A model generated the notes under the pieces. That model saw only the letters and a list, made by a program, of their open reading frames with translations. It did not search any database and was not told the origin of the DNA. The translations under genes and the position numbers were made by a program. A stretch of 63,630 bases of DNA, filler included, from Rhizaria sp. SCN 62-66 (lineage: Eukaryota), in NCBI GenBank assembly GCA_001724265.1. It is 3 parts of 3 records of this genome, joined end to end, with 100 filler letters (N's around TTAATTAATTAA, not from the genome) between each part and the next. Parts side by side here need not be neighbours in the genome. Positions count along the whole stretch, not along the records: positions 1 to 23,556 come from MEDY01000428.1; 2 more parts are not named here. One strand, written 5' to 3'. Of this stretch, positions 1 through 12,125 are shown piece after piece. Positions within the stretch are counted from its first letter, which is position 1. The number at the start of each line of letters is the position of its first letter.

Positions 1-93
1 TCTGTCCCCGTCACTGTTGAGAACGCCGGCCCTGCCAAGCGCGTCTTCAAGAAGCCCGGCCAGAAGTTCCAGAAGAAGACCACCACCGCGTAA
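1..93 (+). CDS. 3' end of an unidentified protein gene truncated by the window edge (SVPVTVENAGPAKRVFKKPGQKFQKKTTTA*)
   Basis: Frame 1 is open with the GC3-rich codons typical of genes here and ends at TAA 91-93, followed by AT-richer DNA. Confidence 0.55.
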   Translation, partial: SVPVTVENAGPAKRVFKKPGQKFQKKTTTA

Positions 94-1793
94 ATGCGTC
101 GGCGCGTCTCTTTCTGACACCTCTATAAAGCAAAATAATACACACCAAGGCTGTTCTATCACTTATGTCTCCCGCACGCTGCGCACTTCATGCAAGTCCT
201 GTCTTCCTCTGCATGCTTTTGGAACGTCTTCTCGATATGATAGTGTGCTCCCTTTACGGTTTTATCGGAAATGGGTCTCTTCGCAGCGACTGTAGTGACG
301 ATCAGCTCGCGCCGCTGGTGATCCAATATGACTACGACTGTTTATTGATGACTCAAAACAGTCACTATTGCGCCCGTAGTCACTCACGCAGACTGATCAA
401 GAGCACAGCTCATAATGTTGCAGCTGTAGGTAATACTAGGACAGTGGACATCAGTTACTCAAGCGATTTAGTCAGCGATTCAGATTCATAATGAGACACA
501 TTTAGAGTGTCGTAAACCCGTACGTGTCATGTTGACTCGCACACTAGTCAAGGCATGTCTGCTGTCATGCCTGACACCCCAGTGGGCACAACATTAGCAC
601 TTCAGAGCATGAGTGCCTTGACGTACGTGTATGACTTAGCACGGGAACTGGACCAGAACTTGATACGGAAAACCATTCGTTTTTTCGCGTTTTATGAAGC
701 ACTCTATAATATCCGAGAGGTACATACCGAAGCGTTCAGTTAGGTCCCTGTGTTTTCGCATCGACAAACCCTAAGTGGCGGCCCCCAAGATGGAATACAC
801 AGTATTACTTTGGTTGGCTGAGTTTGTGTACAGTTTGTCTGAGATAAAAACGCATTATTTTTGTTACTGACTTTTTATGTAGTAAAACGAGGTATAATTT
901 ACTTGACATCATTTGATTTCATAAATATATTCTCATTTTATGGAGGCTACCATAGAACTTGAAGAATCGCTTGAAAAACTTCATACAAACTGATTAGTTT
1001 GGGCGAGAGGCACAAACCAGACGTACTGGAGATTTTATAATCATCACACTGACAATATTATATTTAACCATGATTGTCCGAGAGTGTGAACTTCCATAGC
1101 TAGTTTTATCTTCTGCTATGAGACCAACACAAATGCACAAAAAGTTCTGATGAGTTCACACGGATTTCTCTCTAAAACAATACGTCGATATCTCTATCAC
1201 AGCCATGTTGTACGTTTTTACACTCAAAATATGAAGATTTAACTCGTATTAGCAGTAATACACGTTTCTAGAGCAGGAAATTTACCTCATCAAGTCATAA
1301 ATGATTTTTTACTTTTTGAGAACCCTGCCAACCGCTCCAGTCCATCATCCAACGTCCGAGTCGTGAGATAAGCTCACACGAACTGTGCTTGAACTAGCTC
1401 GTCATTGAGGCACGGGTTGGAGAGGCACGCGCATATACACGTAGATATAGTATGATCATTATGAATACTTGATGTCGAGCTGTTGCATCCTTGAATTTTT
1501 GACTGGTGGGGTCCGTGTTCAAACGTTTGCGTTTGAGCACATGGATATGTGTCGCAGATTTGCATCTTCATTGGACCACATATCCCCATACTTGTCAATT
1601 ATTCTTTACTCACTTGTTATGTTTTCACACACCTTCTTTTCATGCGTATGACCTCCCATTGCTTCACTGTGCCCGCCCCCAGCACTCTTTTTCCGGACAC
1701 ACCACACCGGCTCGCTCCCCACTCCTCCCATTTCACCCCTCTCTCTTCCCCGCCTTCCGCGTTGCCGGTCAGTCGCCCGCCCGTTCCGGTGAA

Positions 1794-3524
1794 ATGAACA
1801 AGGAGGGCAAGTATATCAAGCTCAACATGCCCGAGGGCGTGGCCGAGGACGACGTCCCCGCGCGCGGCATCTCCATCGCCACGCCCGTGCTCTCCTCCGC
1901 CGCCTACGACGACGACGACGACACCAACCTCGAGCACCTTTCATCGCCCGTCGAGAAGGCCGCCGCGGCCGCCGCGCGCGCCGGCGCCGCGCCCCCGGTT
2001 CCCCTCGGCAGCAGCGGCGGCAGCGGCAGCGGTGGCAACTTCACACTGGGCCCGCTCAGCATCCCTGAGGCCAAGATGAAGTCCGTGAGCTGCGTGGTGA
2101 TGGTGATCCAGGCCGTCACGCTGGTGCTGTTCCTCAAGCGCGCACAGGCTGCGCCCGCCGAGACGCGCTTCATCAACACCACGGCCATCGTTCTGTCCGA
2201 GCTCGTCAAGTTCTGCGTCTGCCTCTACATCGTCTACGCGCAGGAGACCAGCCCCAACATGTCCCTCGGCTCGCGCTGGGCACATGTGTGGTCCTTGCTG
2301 ACCGGGGACCGGCGCGCGCTGCTGCTGATTGGCGTGCCTGCGGCGCTCTACGCGCTGCAGAACAACTTGACCTTCGTGGGCGTGGCCAACTTGCCCGCAA
2401 CCGTGTACCAGATCGTCGCCCAGGTCAAGGTGCTTACCACGGCGCTCTTCTCCGTCGTACTGCTGGGCCGCTCCATCTCGGGCTTTAAGTGGGTCTCGCT
2501 GCTCATCCTCATGCTCGGCGTCGCCATCGTTCAGGTCGGCCCGGCCCTCGCCGCCGGCGCCAAGACCAGCGCTGCGTCGAGCGCCGAGGCGGGTGACCCC
2601 GTGCTGGGCTTCGTCGCCATCCTCCTCGCCGCCACCATCTCGGGCTTCGCTGGCGTCTTCCTGGAGAAGCTGCTCAAGGATCCGTCGGTCACGATCTGGC
2701 AGCGTAACGTGCAGCTGGCATTTTTCGGCGTCATTTCCGCCTCGCTCATGTGCGTCGCCTCGGACCTGCCCAAGCTCCGCGAGCTGGGCTTCTTCCACGG
2801 CTACTCGCCGCTGGTCGCTGCGGTGGTGGTGAACCACGCGCTGGGCGGGCTTGTCGTCGCGCTCGTCGTCAAGTACGCCGACAACCTCGTCAAGGGCTTC
2901 GCAGTCTCGCTGTCGATCATCCTCTGCGCGACAATCTTCGTCGTTTTCTACGGCAACGCCGTGACCGTCTTCCTCCTCGGCGGCGGCTTCCTGGTCTTGC
3001 TGTCGAGCTGGATGTACTCGCTTCCCGACGCGCCCGCCGCTCCCGCCCCCGCTGTCAGCAGCAGCAACAGCAGCAACGGCAACGGCAACGGCACTGAGAT
3101 GGCGACGCGCGGCACGTCGCGCTCTACGGGCGAGGCGAGCGCCGACTCCGAGTCCGGCGCGCGCGGCGCCATCCACCGCGTTGTTGCAGCCGTCTCGGCC
3201 GTCACCTCGCGCCACGGCCACGGCCACAACAACGGCAACGGCAACAATAAGCGCGGCGGCAACGCGGATGAGGGCTTCGGCGAGCTGGAGACGGACGACG
3301 ACTTCGCGTACGTGGCCGCGGGCGCGGACGGCGGTGCCGAGGGCGACGGCGGGGACGACAGCGGCCGCGGCGACGGCGGCTACGGTCGGCCTGACTTCAC
3401 GCTCGGGCTCGGCGACGAGGACCTGAGCGCAATCGAGGACATGTCTACCACCTCGGCGCACCACCACCACGGCGGCGGCGCGCACTACGCGCACGCGCAC
3501 AAGAGCGCACTCGCCGACGACTAA
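1794..3524 (+). CDS. SLC35A-type nucleotide-sugar (UDP-galactose/CMP-sialic acid family) transporter
   Basis: Motifs TTAIVLSELVKF, VPAALYALQNNL, YQIVAQVKVLTTALFSVVLLGR, SGFAGVFLEKLLK, WQRNVQL and GGLVVALVVKYADNLVKGFA; about 10 hydrophobic segments. First ATG in coding-like DNA is at 1794; stop TAA. Confidence 0.93.
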   Translation: MNKEGKYIKLNMPEGVAEDDVPARGISIATPVLSSAAYDDDDDTNLEHLSSPVEKAAAAAARAGAAPPVPLGSSGGSGSGGNFTLGPLSIPEAKMKSVSCVVMVIQAVTLVLFLKRAQAAPAETRFINTTAIVLSELVKFCVCLYIVYAQETSPNMSLGSRWAHVWSLLTGDRRALLLIGVPAALYALQNNLTFVGVANLPATVYQIVAQVKVLTTALFSVVLLGRSISGFKWVSLLILMLGVAIVQVGPALAAGAKTSAASSAEAGDPVLGFVAILLAATISGFAGVFLEKLLKDPSVTIWQRNVQLAFFGVISASLMCVASDLPKLRELGFFHGYSPLVAAVVVNHALGGLVVALVVKYADNLVKGFAVSLSIILCATIFVVFYGNAVTVFLLGGGFLVLLSSWMYSLPDAPAAPAPAVSSSNSSNGNGNGTEMATRGTSRSTGEASADSESGARGAIHRVVAAVSAVTSRHGHGHNNGNGNNKRGGNADEGFGELETDDDFAYVAAGADGGAEGDGGDDSGRGDGGYGRPDFTLGLGDEDLSAIEDMSTTSAHHHHGGGAHYAHAHKSALADD

Positions 3525-4645
3525 GCTATCGACATGCACGCAGTGCCCCACTCCCGACATCCTCCGCTCTGCATACTGCAACAACACTCGCACCCTTTTC
3601 ACAACATCTCACTGCTCTATGCAGCGCGCGCTGTGAATCCTTTCACAGTGCGTTCTCAACCTATTTACGGCCGTAAGCTTACTTAAGCGCATCACGCTCA
3701 CGGTCATGCGGCGACCCACGGCTACGTCGGACACTATTAATGCTCAGTGACCGTGCGATCGCTCAGTGACCGTGTGCCATATCTGCTCCCGCCCTCCCGA
3801 CCCGTCGCGCGCCCCACATCCTGCCTTGCGCCGTCTTGCGTGTGCCGCTTTTTTTTTTGTTGCTCCGTGCGTGCCATTTGGCGGAGGTTTGTGTGGATGC
3901 TCCTGAGCGTCCCCGCCTCGGCCAAACGCTGGCACTCTTCCCCGCTGTCTTAAACGTGTCCACACACGTCCACACGCGCCCACGCGCCGACACGCACTTG
4001 TCGCACTTTCTTCATTCAGTTTTTTTTTGTTTGGTTTTCTTTTTAAATTTGTTTTTTTGCTGTTGGTGAATATGCACGTTTTGGCGTGAATTGATTTGCA
4101 AAACTCGTCTGTGACCGACCAACGTAGTGAGGTTGGTGCATATGCTTGCTTGGAATGCCGCCATGATTGCCCACATAGTTGCTTTTATCTTTGTTGACCA
4201 GCCCTTTAGTTTGTATTTGTTGTTTTATGCTATTTTCTTGTGTTTGTGTTTATTTCTCTTCGTTCTCTGACGGTTTGTCTGTTGTGACCACAGCCACAGC
4301 TACAGCTTAGCGCGGCACGCACGCACCACCGGGAGACGCACACACACACACACACCCACTTACTCGTACGTATGCCCCAGAGTTCTGCTGGATTGTCACG
4401 TGTGGCGGTGGAGGTCTGTCGCCTGTTATGACAGCGCGCTGCGCTCTTTTCGCGACACACTTCCTCAGTACGGCGTTTATATTTATGTCCAGTCTTACAT
4501 GGAGTCATGTTCAGCATTACTAAAAGTGATATAACAAGTAATCGTTTTGTATTAATACATATTCATGACAATTTAACCCTATCTCAATCAATTCTCAAAC
4601 TATACACTTTGAGTGACACTCTTATGAGGTCTTTTCATAAAAGAC

Positions 4646-7600
4646 TTAGACGAGACGAAGGACATCAACGTCGTTCTGCCTGAGTGTCTGCGGTACGAGC
4701 CCCGCGTCGGCGGCCACAATGTCGACCAGCGCAGCCTCAACCTCCAACTCTGCGTCGTCCGCGCCCAGCGCCTCGTCCGCCGCAACTGCGCTCTCAACTA
4801 ACGCCGCGCTATGCGCCAGCGAGCCAGTGGAGGAAATCGCAGTCACTGCGTCGATGTCGGCGCAGTCGAGCGAGATCTCGCCCAGCACAGCCGCCGCGCC
4901 CACAGTCACCCCCGCGCCGCCCACAGCCACACCAGCGGCACTGCGAACACTGCCGGCGGCGGCGAGACGCGCTGCGGCGGCCGCGGCGACGGCGCGCAGC
5001 GTTGAAGCAGGCAGCAGCAGCGCCCACTCCCAGCCCTCCGCGCCGTCGGCCTCCTCGCCGACTTCAATCGCAAAGCCGCTGCCGCTGCCCCGACTGCCGC
5101 TGTGACTGGCACCGGCAGAGCCTACGCTGCCGCTGAAGCTGGCGTTCGCGCTCGCGCTCGCGCTCGCAGCCGGGCTCGGCCCCATCGCAGCTGTCGCGTC
5201 GGCCGCGCTGGGGATGGCTCCGGCGACCGCAGCGGCCGCGCTCGCCGCACTTGCGGCCGCGAGCTCCGCCGCGGCGGCGTGCGCGGCGCGGAGGAGCCAG
5301 TCGCGCGCGGCCTCGAGCGCCGTCACCACAGTCGCCGTGTGCTCGACGCCAACGCCGCCACGCCAGGGCCCGTGGAAGGTCAGTCCGCCCGCGCCCGCGC
5401 TCGCCACCGCACCAACGGGCGCGTTCGCGGGCGTGTACGCCGCAGTGCCTGCACCGGCCGCGCCCGCAGTCGGCGTCGCGGGGATCGCCGACGCCGTCAC
5501 CGACGCCGCGGCGCTCGGCGCGCTGGCACCGACGGCGCCGGCCGTGGGGGCAGCGGGTGGCGGCGGCAGCGCGGCGGCGGTGGGGCCCGTGACGGGCGCG
5601 AGAGCCACCGTGGGGTGCGCGGCGAAGCGTCGCAGTAGCTTGAACGTGAGCGGCGATCCCGGCGCAAGGCTTTCAGACAGCAGGCGCAGCCAGCCCGCGG
5701 TGGTCAGCGCCGCGGCCGCCGCGCGCACAGACACGACGCCGCCAGCGCGGTGACCGGTGCCGGGCCAGGCAGAGGCCAGCAGCGGCGTTCCGGGGCCGGA
5801 GCCAGTGCCGGCGTGCGCAGCAGGACTTGCAAGCGCGGCGACAGCGACGGGTGAGACGGCAAACGCCGCCGCGGCCGCAAGCGCGCCCCCGGTGCCCGCG
5901 GCGGCGTCAGAGCCGGCGAGTACGGGTGCGGCGCCCAGCGCGGCCGGCAGCGGCTGCAGCGAGCCGGGCGGCGCGAGCGTGAGTGCCACAGCCAAGCGCG
6001 CGCCCGGGTCGCCGACCGCGGCGCTGGCGGCGGCGGCGCTGGCGGCAGAGCCCGCGGTGGCGGTGGCCGAGGCGACGACGTCGGCGAGCAGCAGCTCGAC
6101 GGCCCACCGCGGCGGGCAGCGCGAGGACAGCGAGTCGGCCAGCACGGCGCCGCGGGTGCGCAGCGCGCGCTGGCCCGTTGGCAGGCGCGCGGCGCGCTGC
6201 AGCAGTACGCGTAGCAGTGGCGCGCGCAGCGCCAGCAGCCCCGGCAGCGCGCCGGCGAGCGAGCGCAAGCGCCGCGTGGTGCCCGCGAGCAGGTGCCACT
6301 GCAGGGGCAGCCACGCCGCAGCGGGCCGCAGCGTCGCGGGCAGCCCCGTGCTCGCGGCCGCGCCGGCAGCTGCGTCGCCGTACGCCGTCGCGTCCAGAGC
6401 TGCAGATGTCAGCGCACTGTGCAACTCCGCAGCGCCCGCGGCCAACGCGGCGGCGCCCTCGGCTGCGGCGGCGTCGGCGGGCGCGGCCGCGAGTGGAACA
6501 GCGTAGGTCCCCGCTGCCACCGCGTTTGCCGCGGCCTCGCACAGCGCGCGCGTGGCAACGGTGGCGAGAGTGGGCAGCAACGGCAGGTCTGTCGCCGGCG
6601 CCGCAGTGGCGCCAGTCGTGGCGGCCGCGCACGCGCGCGCACGGCGCAGCGCCCCCGCGGCGGCAGAGCCGAACGCGGCGGTCGACGCAAAGGCGCCGCC
6701 GGGAGACAGCAACGCACTGAACGAGCCGATCGAGCCCGATGGCGTGTACGGCGACGGCGGCGCGAGCGAGCGCTGCGCGGACCCCGTTCCAGTCCCAGTT
6801 GCGGCCGCAGGGAACGCGAAGGCGCCGCGGGCCGCTGCCGCCGCCGCGGGCGGGGACTGCGCGGGCGAGTGCGTCGTTAGCGTGAGCGTGAGCGACGACA
6901 GCGCGGGGCCGGGGGCCGCGTCGCCGTCGCCGTCGCCCGCGGAGGAGGGCGCGGCGGTCGGCACGGCGGCGACGCGGCTCGACGCGGCGGGCAGCATCAG
7001 CGGCGTGAGCGACGCCGACGCCGACGCCGCGGCAGACGCGGAGACGCTGCGGCCGCTGGCGCCAACGCCCGCGCCGCTGAGCGCGTGTGTGAGCACGAGC
7101 GAGGACCCCGGCCGCGGCGAGTTGGAGCTGCCCGCGCCCGCAGCGCCGGCAACGGCCAGCGCGGGCGGGGGCCGGATGCCGAGCGCCGCGGCCTCCGTGA
7201 CCAGCGCCGCGGCGGCGGCGTCGAGCGAGCGCAGCATCAGCGTCTCCGGGTCCGCTGCGGCCGCAAAGGGCGCGCCCAGCACGGGCGCCTCCATGACCCA
7301 GAGCGGGAACACGGGGCTGGGCCGCGCGCGCACCGCGCCCGTGAGCGTGGGAAACGGCAACCACGTCAGCGGCACCGGCGACAGCGTTGGCAGCAGCAGC
7401 ACCTCGGGCGCGGCCGCCAGCAGCGCGCGCAGCGTCGCGGGCAGCGTTGTCACGCACGCCCACGGCTCCGCGCCCGCGCCGCTGCTGCCGCTGCTGTTGG
7501 CGCCGCTGTGGGAGATGGCGAGGTCCCCGGGCACAAGCGCGGGGCTCGCGCCGCTGACCGCAGGACTCAGTCCGGGGCCGGCGGCGGCGGGCACGTTCGT

Positions 7601-10600
7601 TGACAGCGCCAGCGGCAGAGAAGCCGCGGGCGCTGCTGCTGTTGCCGCGGCTCCAGAGCGCGCGGTGGGCAGCGCGAAGAGCGCGCCGCCGACCGTGATG
7701 ACTGCGTCCCGGCCCTGTCCCGCCGCCGTCGCAGTCGCGGCGGAGGCGGTGACGGCGGGCAAGCTGGAGCCCGGCGCGGAGCGGGCCAGCGCGGCGCGCG
7801 CGGCGGGAAGCATCAGCGACGAGGTGATGGGCCGAGCGAGCAGCGCGCCGGCGCCGATGGCCGCGGCCGCGAACCCAGAGGGCGTGCCGGAGAGCTGCTG
7901 CGGCGCGAGCGCGAGCGCGGTGGCCGCGGCGGGCGTGCTGGCGCCGCTGAGCGAGAGCGCGCGCACGGCGGGCGAGTGCGCGAGCGAGGCCGGCGACAGC
8001 GATGCCGCGTAGCCGTCGACGCCGGTGCCCAGTCCGCACGACGCCACCGCCGCGGCCGCAGCAGCGCCGACCGCGGCGCCCTCGAGGCCCACGCGCGCCG
8101 ACAGTGAGGCCGCCTCGGCGAGCGTTAGTGCCGCTGCCGCGCGGTGAGCCGGGACGAGCCCGAAGCCCGGCAGGGCGCGCGGCGTCGCAGCCGTCGCCTC
8201 GCTGCCACAAGTCGCCCACAACGCGTTGCCGCTGCGCGCAGCAAGCGCGGTGACCGTGGGTGAGACACGGTACCCAGCGTCGACGAGCCGGCGGTACTGC
8301 GCGTCGGCCTGGCTCTTGGCAACCGCGGCGGCGCGGGCGCTGAGTGCACGCGCGGCGAGGTAGCAGAACACAACCGTCTCCGCATAGGGCGTAGAGCGGT
8401 CGAGCAGCGCCTCGCCGACCTCGCACAGCGGGCCGAAGCGCGCCGCGGGCAGCGCGTCCAGCACTGACAGCGCGGCGTCGGCCGCGGGCGCGAGCTCGGG
8501 GCACGGGAAGGACGGCAACGCGGCAGTCAGCGCCACGAGCCGCAGCCCCAGCGCGCGCGCGGGGGCCGACTGCAGCGCGTGCACCCACGACGCGGCCGCG
8601 AACGCGGCGCCAGACGCGGTGGGCAGCTGCCGTGCGCCCGCGGAGAGCGCGCCGCCGCTTGTGGTCACCATGGCCGCGTTCGCGCCTCTACTGAAGCTAG
8701 AGCCGGAGCTAGAGCCGGGGCCGGAGCCGGAGGCAGTGACGGAGAGGTCGACGAGCTGCGTGTGCCGCATCAGTGCCGCCAGCGCGGTCGCCTCAGCCAC
8801 TGTGGCCGCTGTGCCCGGAGACGCGAGCGCGCCCGCGCCGGCGCCCGAGGCAGCAACAGCCGCAGCAGTGGCGGTAGCGCTGGGGCTTGCCGGCGACCCG
8901 GGGCCCGCAGCACCTGCAGCCACAGCAGCAGCGGTGTTGGCGGCAGCAGCTGAGGGCAGGCGCGTGGCCATGCGCGCCTGCGCGTCGGCGGCGGCGGCGC
9001 TGGCAAGCGCGGCGCGGTGGCGCGCGCGCTCGACGAAGGCTGCAGCGGCGCCGGGCGAGTGCAGCAGCGAGTGCAGCGTCGGGTCCGCGGCGGCAGCGGA
9101 GGCTGCGGCGGGCGGAAACGACGGCCGCAGCTCCGCGGTCACAGTCAGCGAGGCCACGACCACCGTCACGGACGCAGTCGCCGCAGGCTCTGGATTCGCG
9201 GCAGGCGCGCCCTCGGTCGCCGCTGCAGCAGGGCCAGCGGTCGCAGCCGCCGTCGTGGAGTCGGCGGCGGGGGCGGCATGGGCGTCGCACAGCGCCTGGG
9301 CGAGCCGCGGCGCCGCCTCAGCACCCACGATCGACGGGACTCTGGCCGTCGCCGCATCGACGTCGGCGTCGCCGCAGGGCGTGACGCGGCGCGTGACGTT
9401 GAGCACGAGCGCGTCGCCGCGCGGCAGCGGCATGAGCGGCAGATCGGCCTCGCCCAGCAGCACCCATCTCTCGCCCCCGGTAGCCACATTCGGCGGCTGT
9501 GCGGCGGGGGACGGGAGCGCGGCCCACACTGCGAAGCGCGCGGTCGTGGCGCGCCCGCCGCACGCGATGACCGCGTGTTCGCGCACAAAGCGCACTTCCG
9601 CACCGGGCGCGGCGCTCGCGCCTGCACCGCTCTGAGCGCCGGCGTCGGCGTTGGCGCTCGGCACTGTGGCGGCTGCTGCCGAGGGCGCGGGGTAGGCGAA
9701 GGACCACGCCGTGGGGCTCACCTGCCCCAGCGCGCTTGCATTCGCGGCGCCGCTGACAGATGCGGGCGGTGCAATCGCGCTCGCGGCAGCGGTGGCGCCG
9801 GTAGAAGCCGGCTGCGGCGCGCTGGGCACGAGTGCGGCGCGCGGAGGCGCCACGGGGCCGAAGAGGCCGAGGCCGACGCGCAGCAGCGGCGGCAGCAGCG
9901 CGGCAGCGGGACTAGCATTGCCAGGCACAGCGACAGCGCTGCCAGCGGCAGATGCAAGGAGGGCGTGTGCGGGCGCGAGCAGACGCAGCGAGTGCATCGC
10001 GAAGGCGGCGTGGCCAGAGAGGCCTTGCGAGGGCCGCAGCGCCGCGCCGACCCGCACCCAGCCTACCACCGGCAGCGGAGGCGCACGCGCACTCCCAGTC
10101 GCGGCTGCAGTCGTTGTAGGCGCGAGAGAGAAGAGCGGGAGCCACATCGAGGCCTCGCCGCTGGGCAGCGCGTCGCCGGGCGCGTTGCTGTCCGCGGCGG
10201 AGGCGGCGGCGAGCGCGGCGGCGAGCGAGGAAAGCGTGACTGCGGTGCGTGCGCCAGCCGTGGCCCACACACCGCCAGCGCCCGCGCCGGCACCCGCCTG
10301 TTCTGCGTCGCCGGTCGCGCCGCTGCTGCAGAGCGCGGCGTCCAGCCACAGCGTCGGCTGCCTCGTCCCGAGCGCGGCCGCGGTGTGGGCGTGGGCGCGC
10401 GCGCCGCTGTCGGGGCCGGCCGCGGCGACCGCGCCCGAGGCGGCGTCGACTGCGAGCGCGCGCAGGTCCGCGGGCGCGAGAGACCACGAGACCGTCTCGC
10501 CCAGCGCGCACCGCACGGCCCCGCGCGCGCCCGCCGCAGCCGCGCGCACCGCGGCCGGCAGCGCGCTCTCGGCGCCGTCACTCACAGTCGCAGGCTGAGG

Positions 10601-11607
10601 GTTAGTCTCGGTCGCAGTGTTGCTGAGGGAGCCGGAGACGGCCGCGGCGGCTGCGGCGGCGGCAGCGGCGGCGGCGCGCGCGTACGCGGCGGCGGGCAGC
10701 GCGGGCACGGGCCCGAGCGTGGCGGGCGCCATCACGACAGCGGCGCGGGGCGCAAACACCGCCGCGGCGGCCTCGGCGGCGACGGCGGTCAGTGCGGGCG
10801 CGGACCCGGCCGCGGCGTGGGCAGCGCCGGGCGCGGGGGCCGACGGCAGGCGGTCGTGCGAGCCCAGATGCGCGCGCAGCATAAAGCGCGGCACGGCGGG
10901 GAACGACGCGGCACTTGCACATGCACTCGCAGGCGCACTGGTACTGGCGGCGCTTTGAGTGTGTGCGAGCGGGGACGGCAGGAACAGCGCCTCGTGCAAA
11001 TGCAGACGCAGCGTGTAGGGCGCGGCGGCCGCGGCGACAGCCAGCGCGAGCGCGGCGAGGCGCGCCTTGCTCGGCTTGACCGCAACGGCGCTCGCTGCGG
11101 CGGAGGCAGCAGCGTGCGCGTGGGCGTGGCCGTGCGCGTCAGCGGTCGACAGGGCGGAGGGCACCGCCACGGGGTCCGCCGGCAGCCCCGCAGCGTTATG
11201 CGCGCCCGCATGCAGTCTAGACGGGTCGTGGCCGTCGGCGCCGCTGTGGTGTCCGTGGCCCACGGCGCTGGGGTCCGCGGCGTCGTTGGCGCTGTATGGC
11301 CGCTCGGCGTCGCTGCCGCCGTCGCTGTCCGCGTCGCTGTCGGCGTCGGAGGATACCGCGTGCGCGCCGGGGTAGGAAGACGGCAGCTCGTGCGCGCTCA
11401 TGCTCTCGCGCAGCAGCAAGAGCTTGGCTGTGGGGTGACAATGGAGACGAGATGCAATACGGGGAGCAGGATGGAGTGGCTGGGTGAGGGGGAGTACACA
11501 GAGGATTTCAAGACTAAAAAAGATACCTGCGAGGCATAAAACGAACCTGAGATGTTCGCATCAATGTGGGGAGGGCGAAAGTCCTCGCGACTTTCGGCGC
11601 AGCCCAT
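4646..11607 (-). CDS. Giant (~2280 aa) Ala-rich protein with N-terminal MGC acylation motif and possible degenerate C2-like segments
   Basis: Exon 1 11607-11547 (MGCAESREDF...), intron 11546-11428 (GTTCGT...CACAG), exon 2 11427-4646. Splicing joins exon 1 in frame to the 2257-aa ORF; stop TAA. Confidence 0.75.
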
Positions 11608-12125
11608 CTGGCGGCGGCGTTAGTTGGCAAAACAAGTAGGCCTGTCTCCTTTGGCGATTGTAACTGTTCGACAGAAAACCTTGACTGGAGCGACATTAAA
11701 GGAGAGAAAGACACGTTGGTGAGTGACTATAACACAATACATACGCGAATATACACATAAACCCGGTGTGTTGCAATCCAGCGAGCATATCTCTCGTGAT
11801 TCGTTCGAATATAATCAAGTGAGCGTTGGGGCGAACGTTGACGGAGGTCGTCACTGGAGGCGATACAAATTAGTTATTTCCCAATAAACCTGATCGTCAA
11901 ATAGGAACTCGATATATTTGATAACAGATTCTATAAAGCAAACACATTGTACTATTATTATACCTCACAAAGAAGTCATAATGACGACTTTCAGACGTGC
12001 TTTCTGAGACTACCACTAACGCAGATCTCTCACACACTGTGAGTCGTGACCCCTACAGCTGACCTCACCCACAACAACCTTCACTCGCGCAGTGCGTCGC
12101 TGCCCGGCCTGGACCCGCTCTTAAC

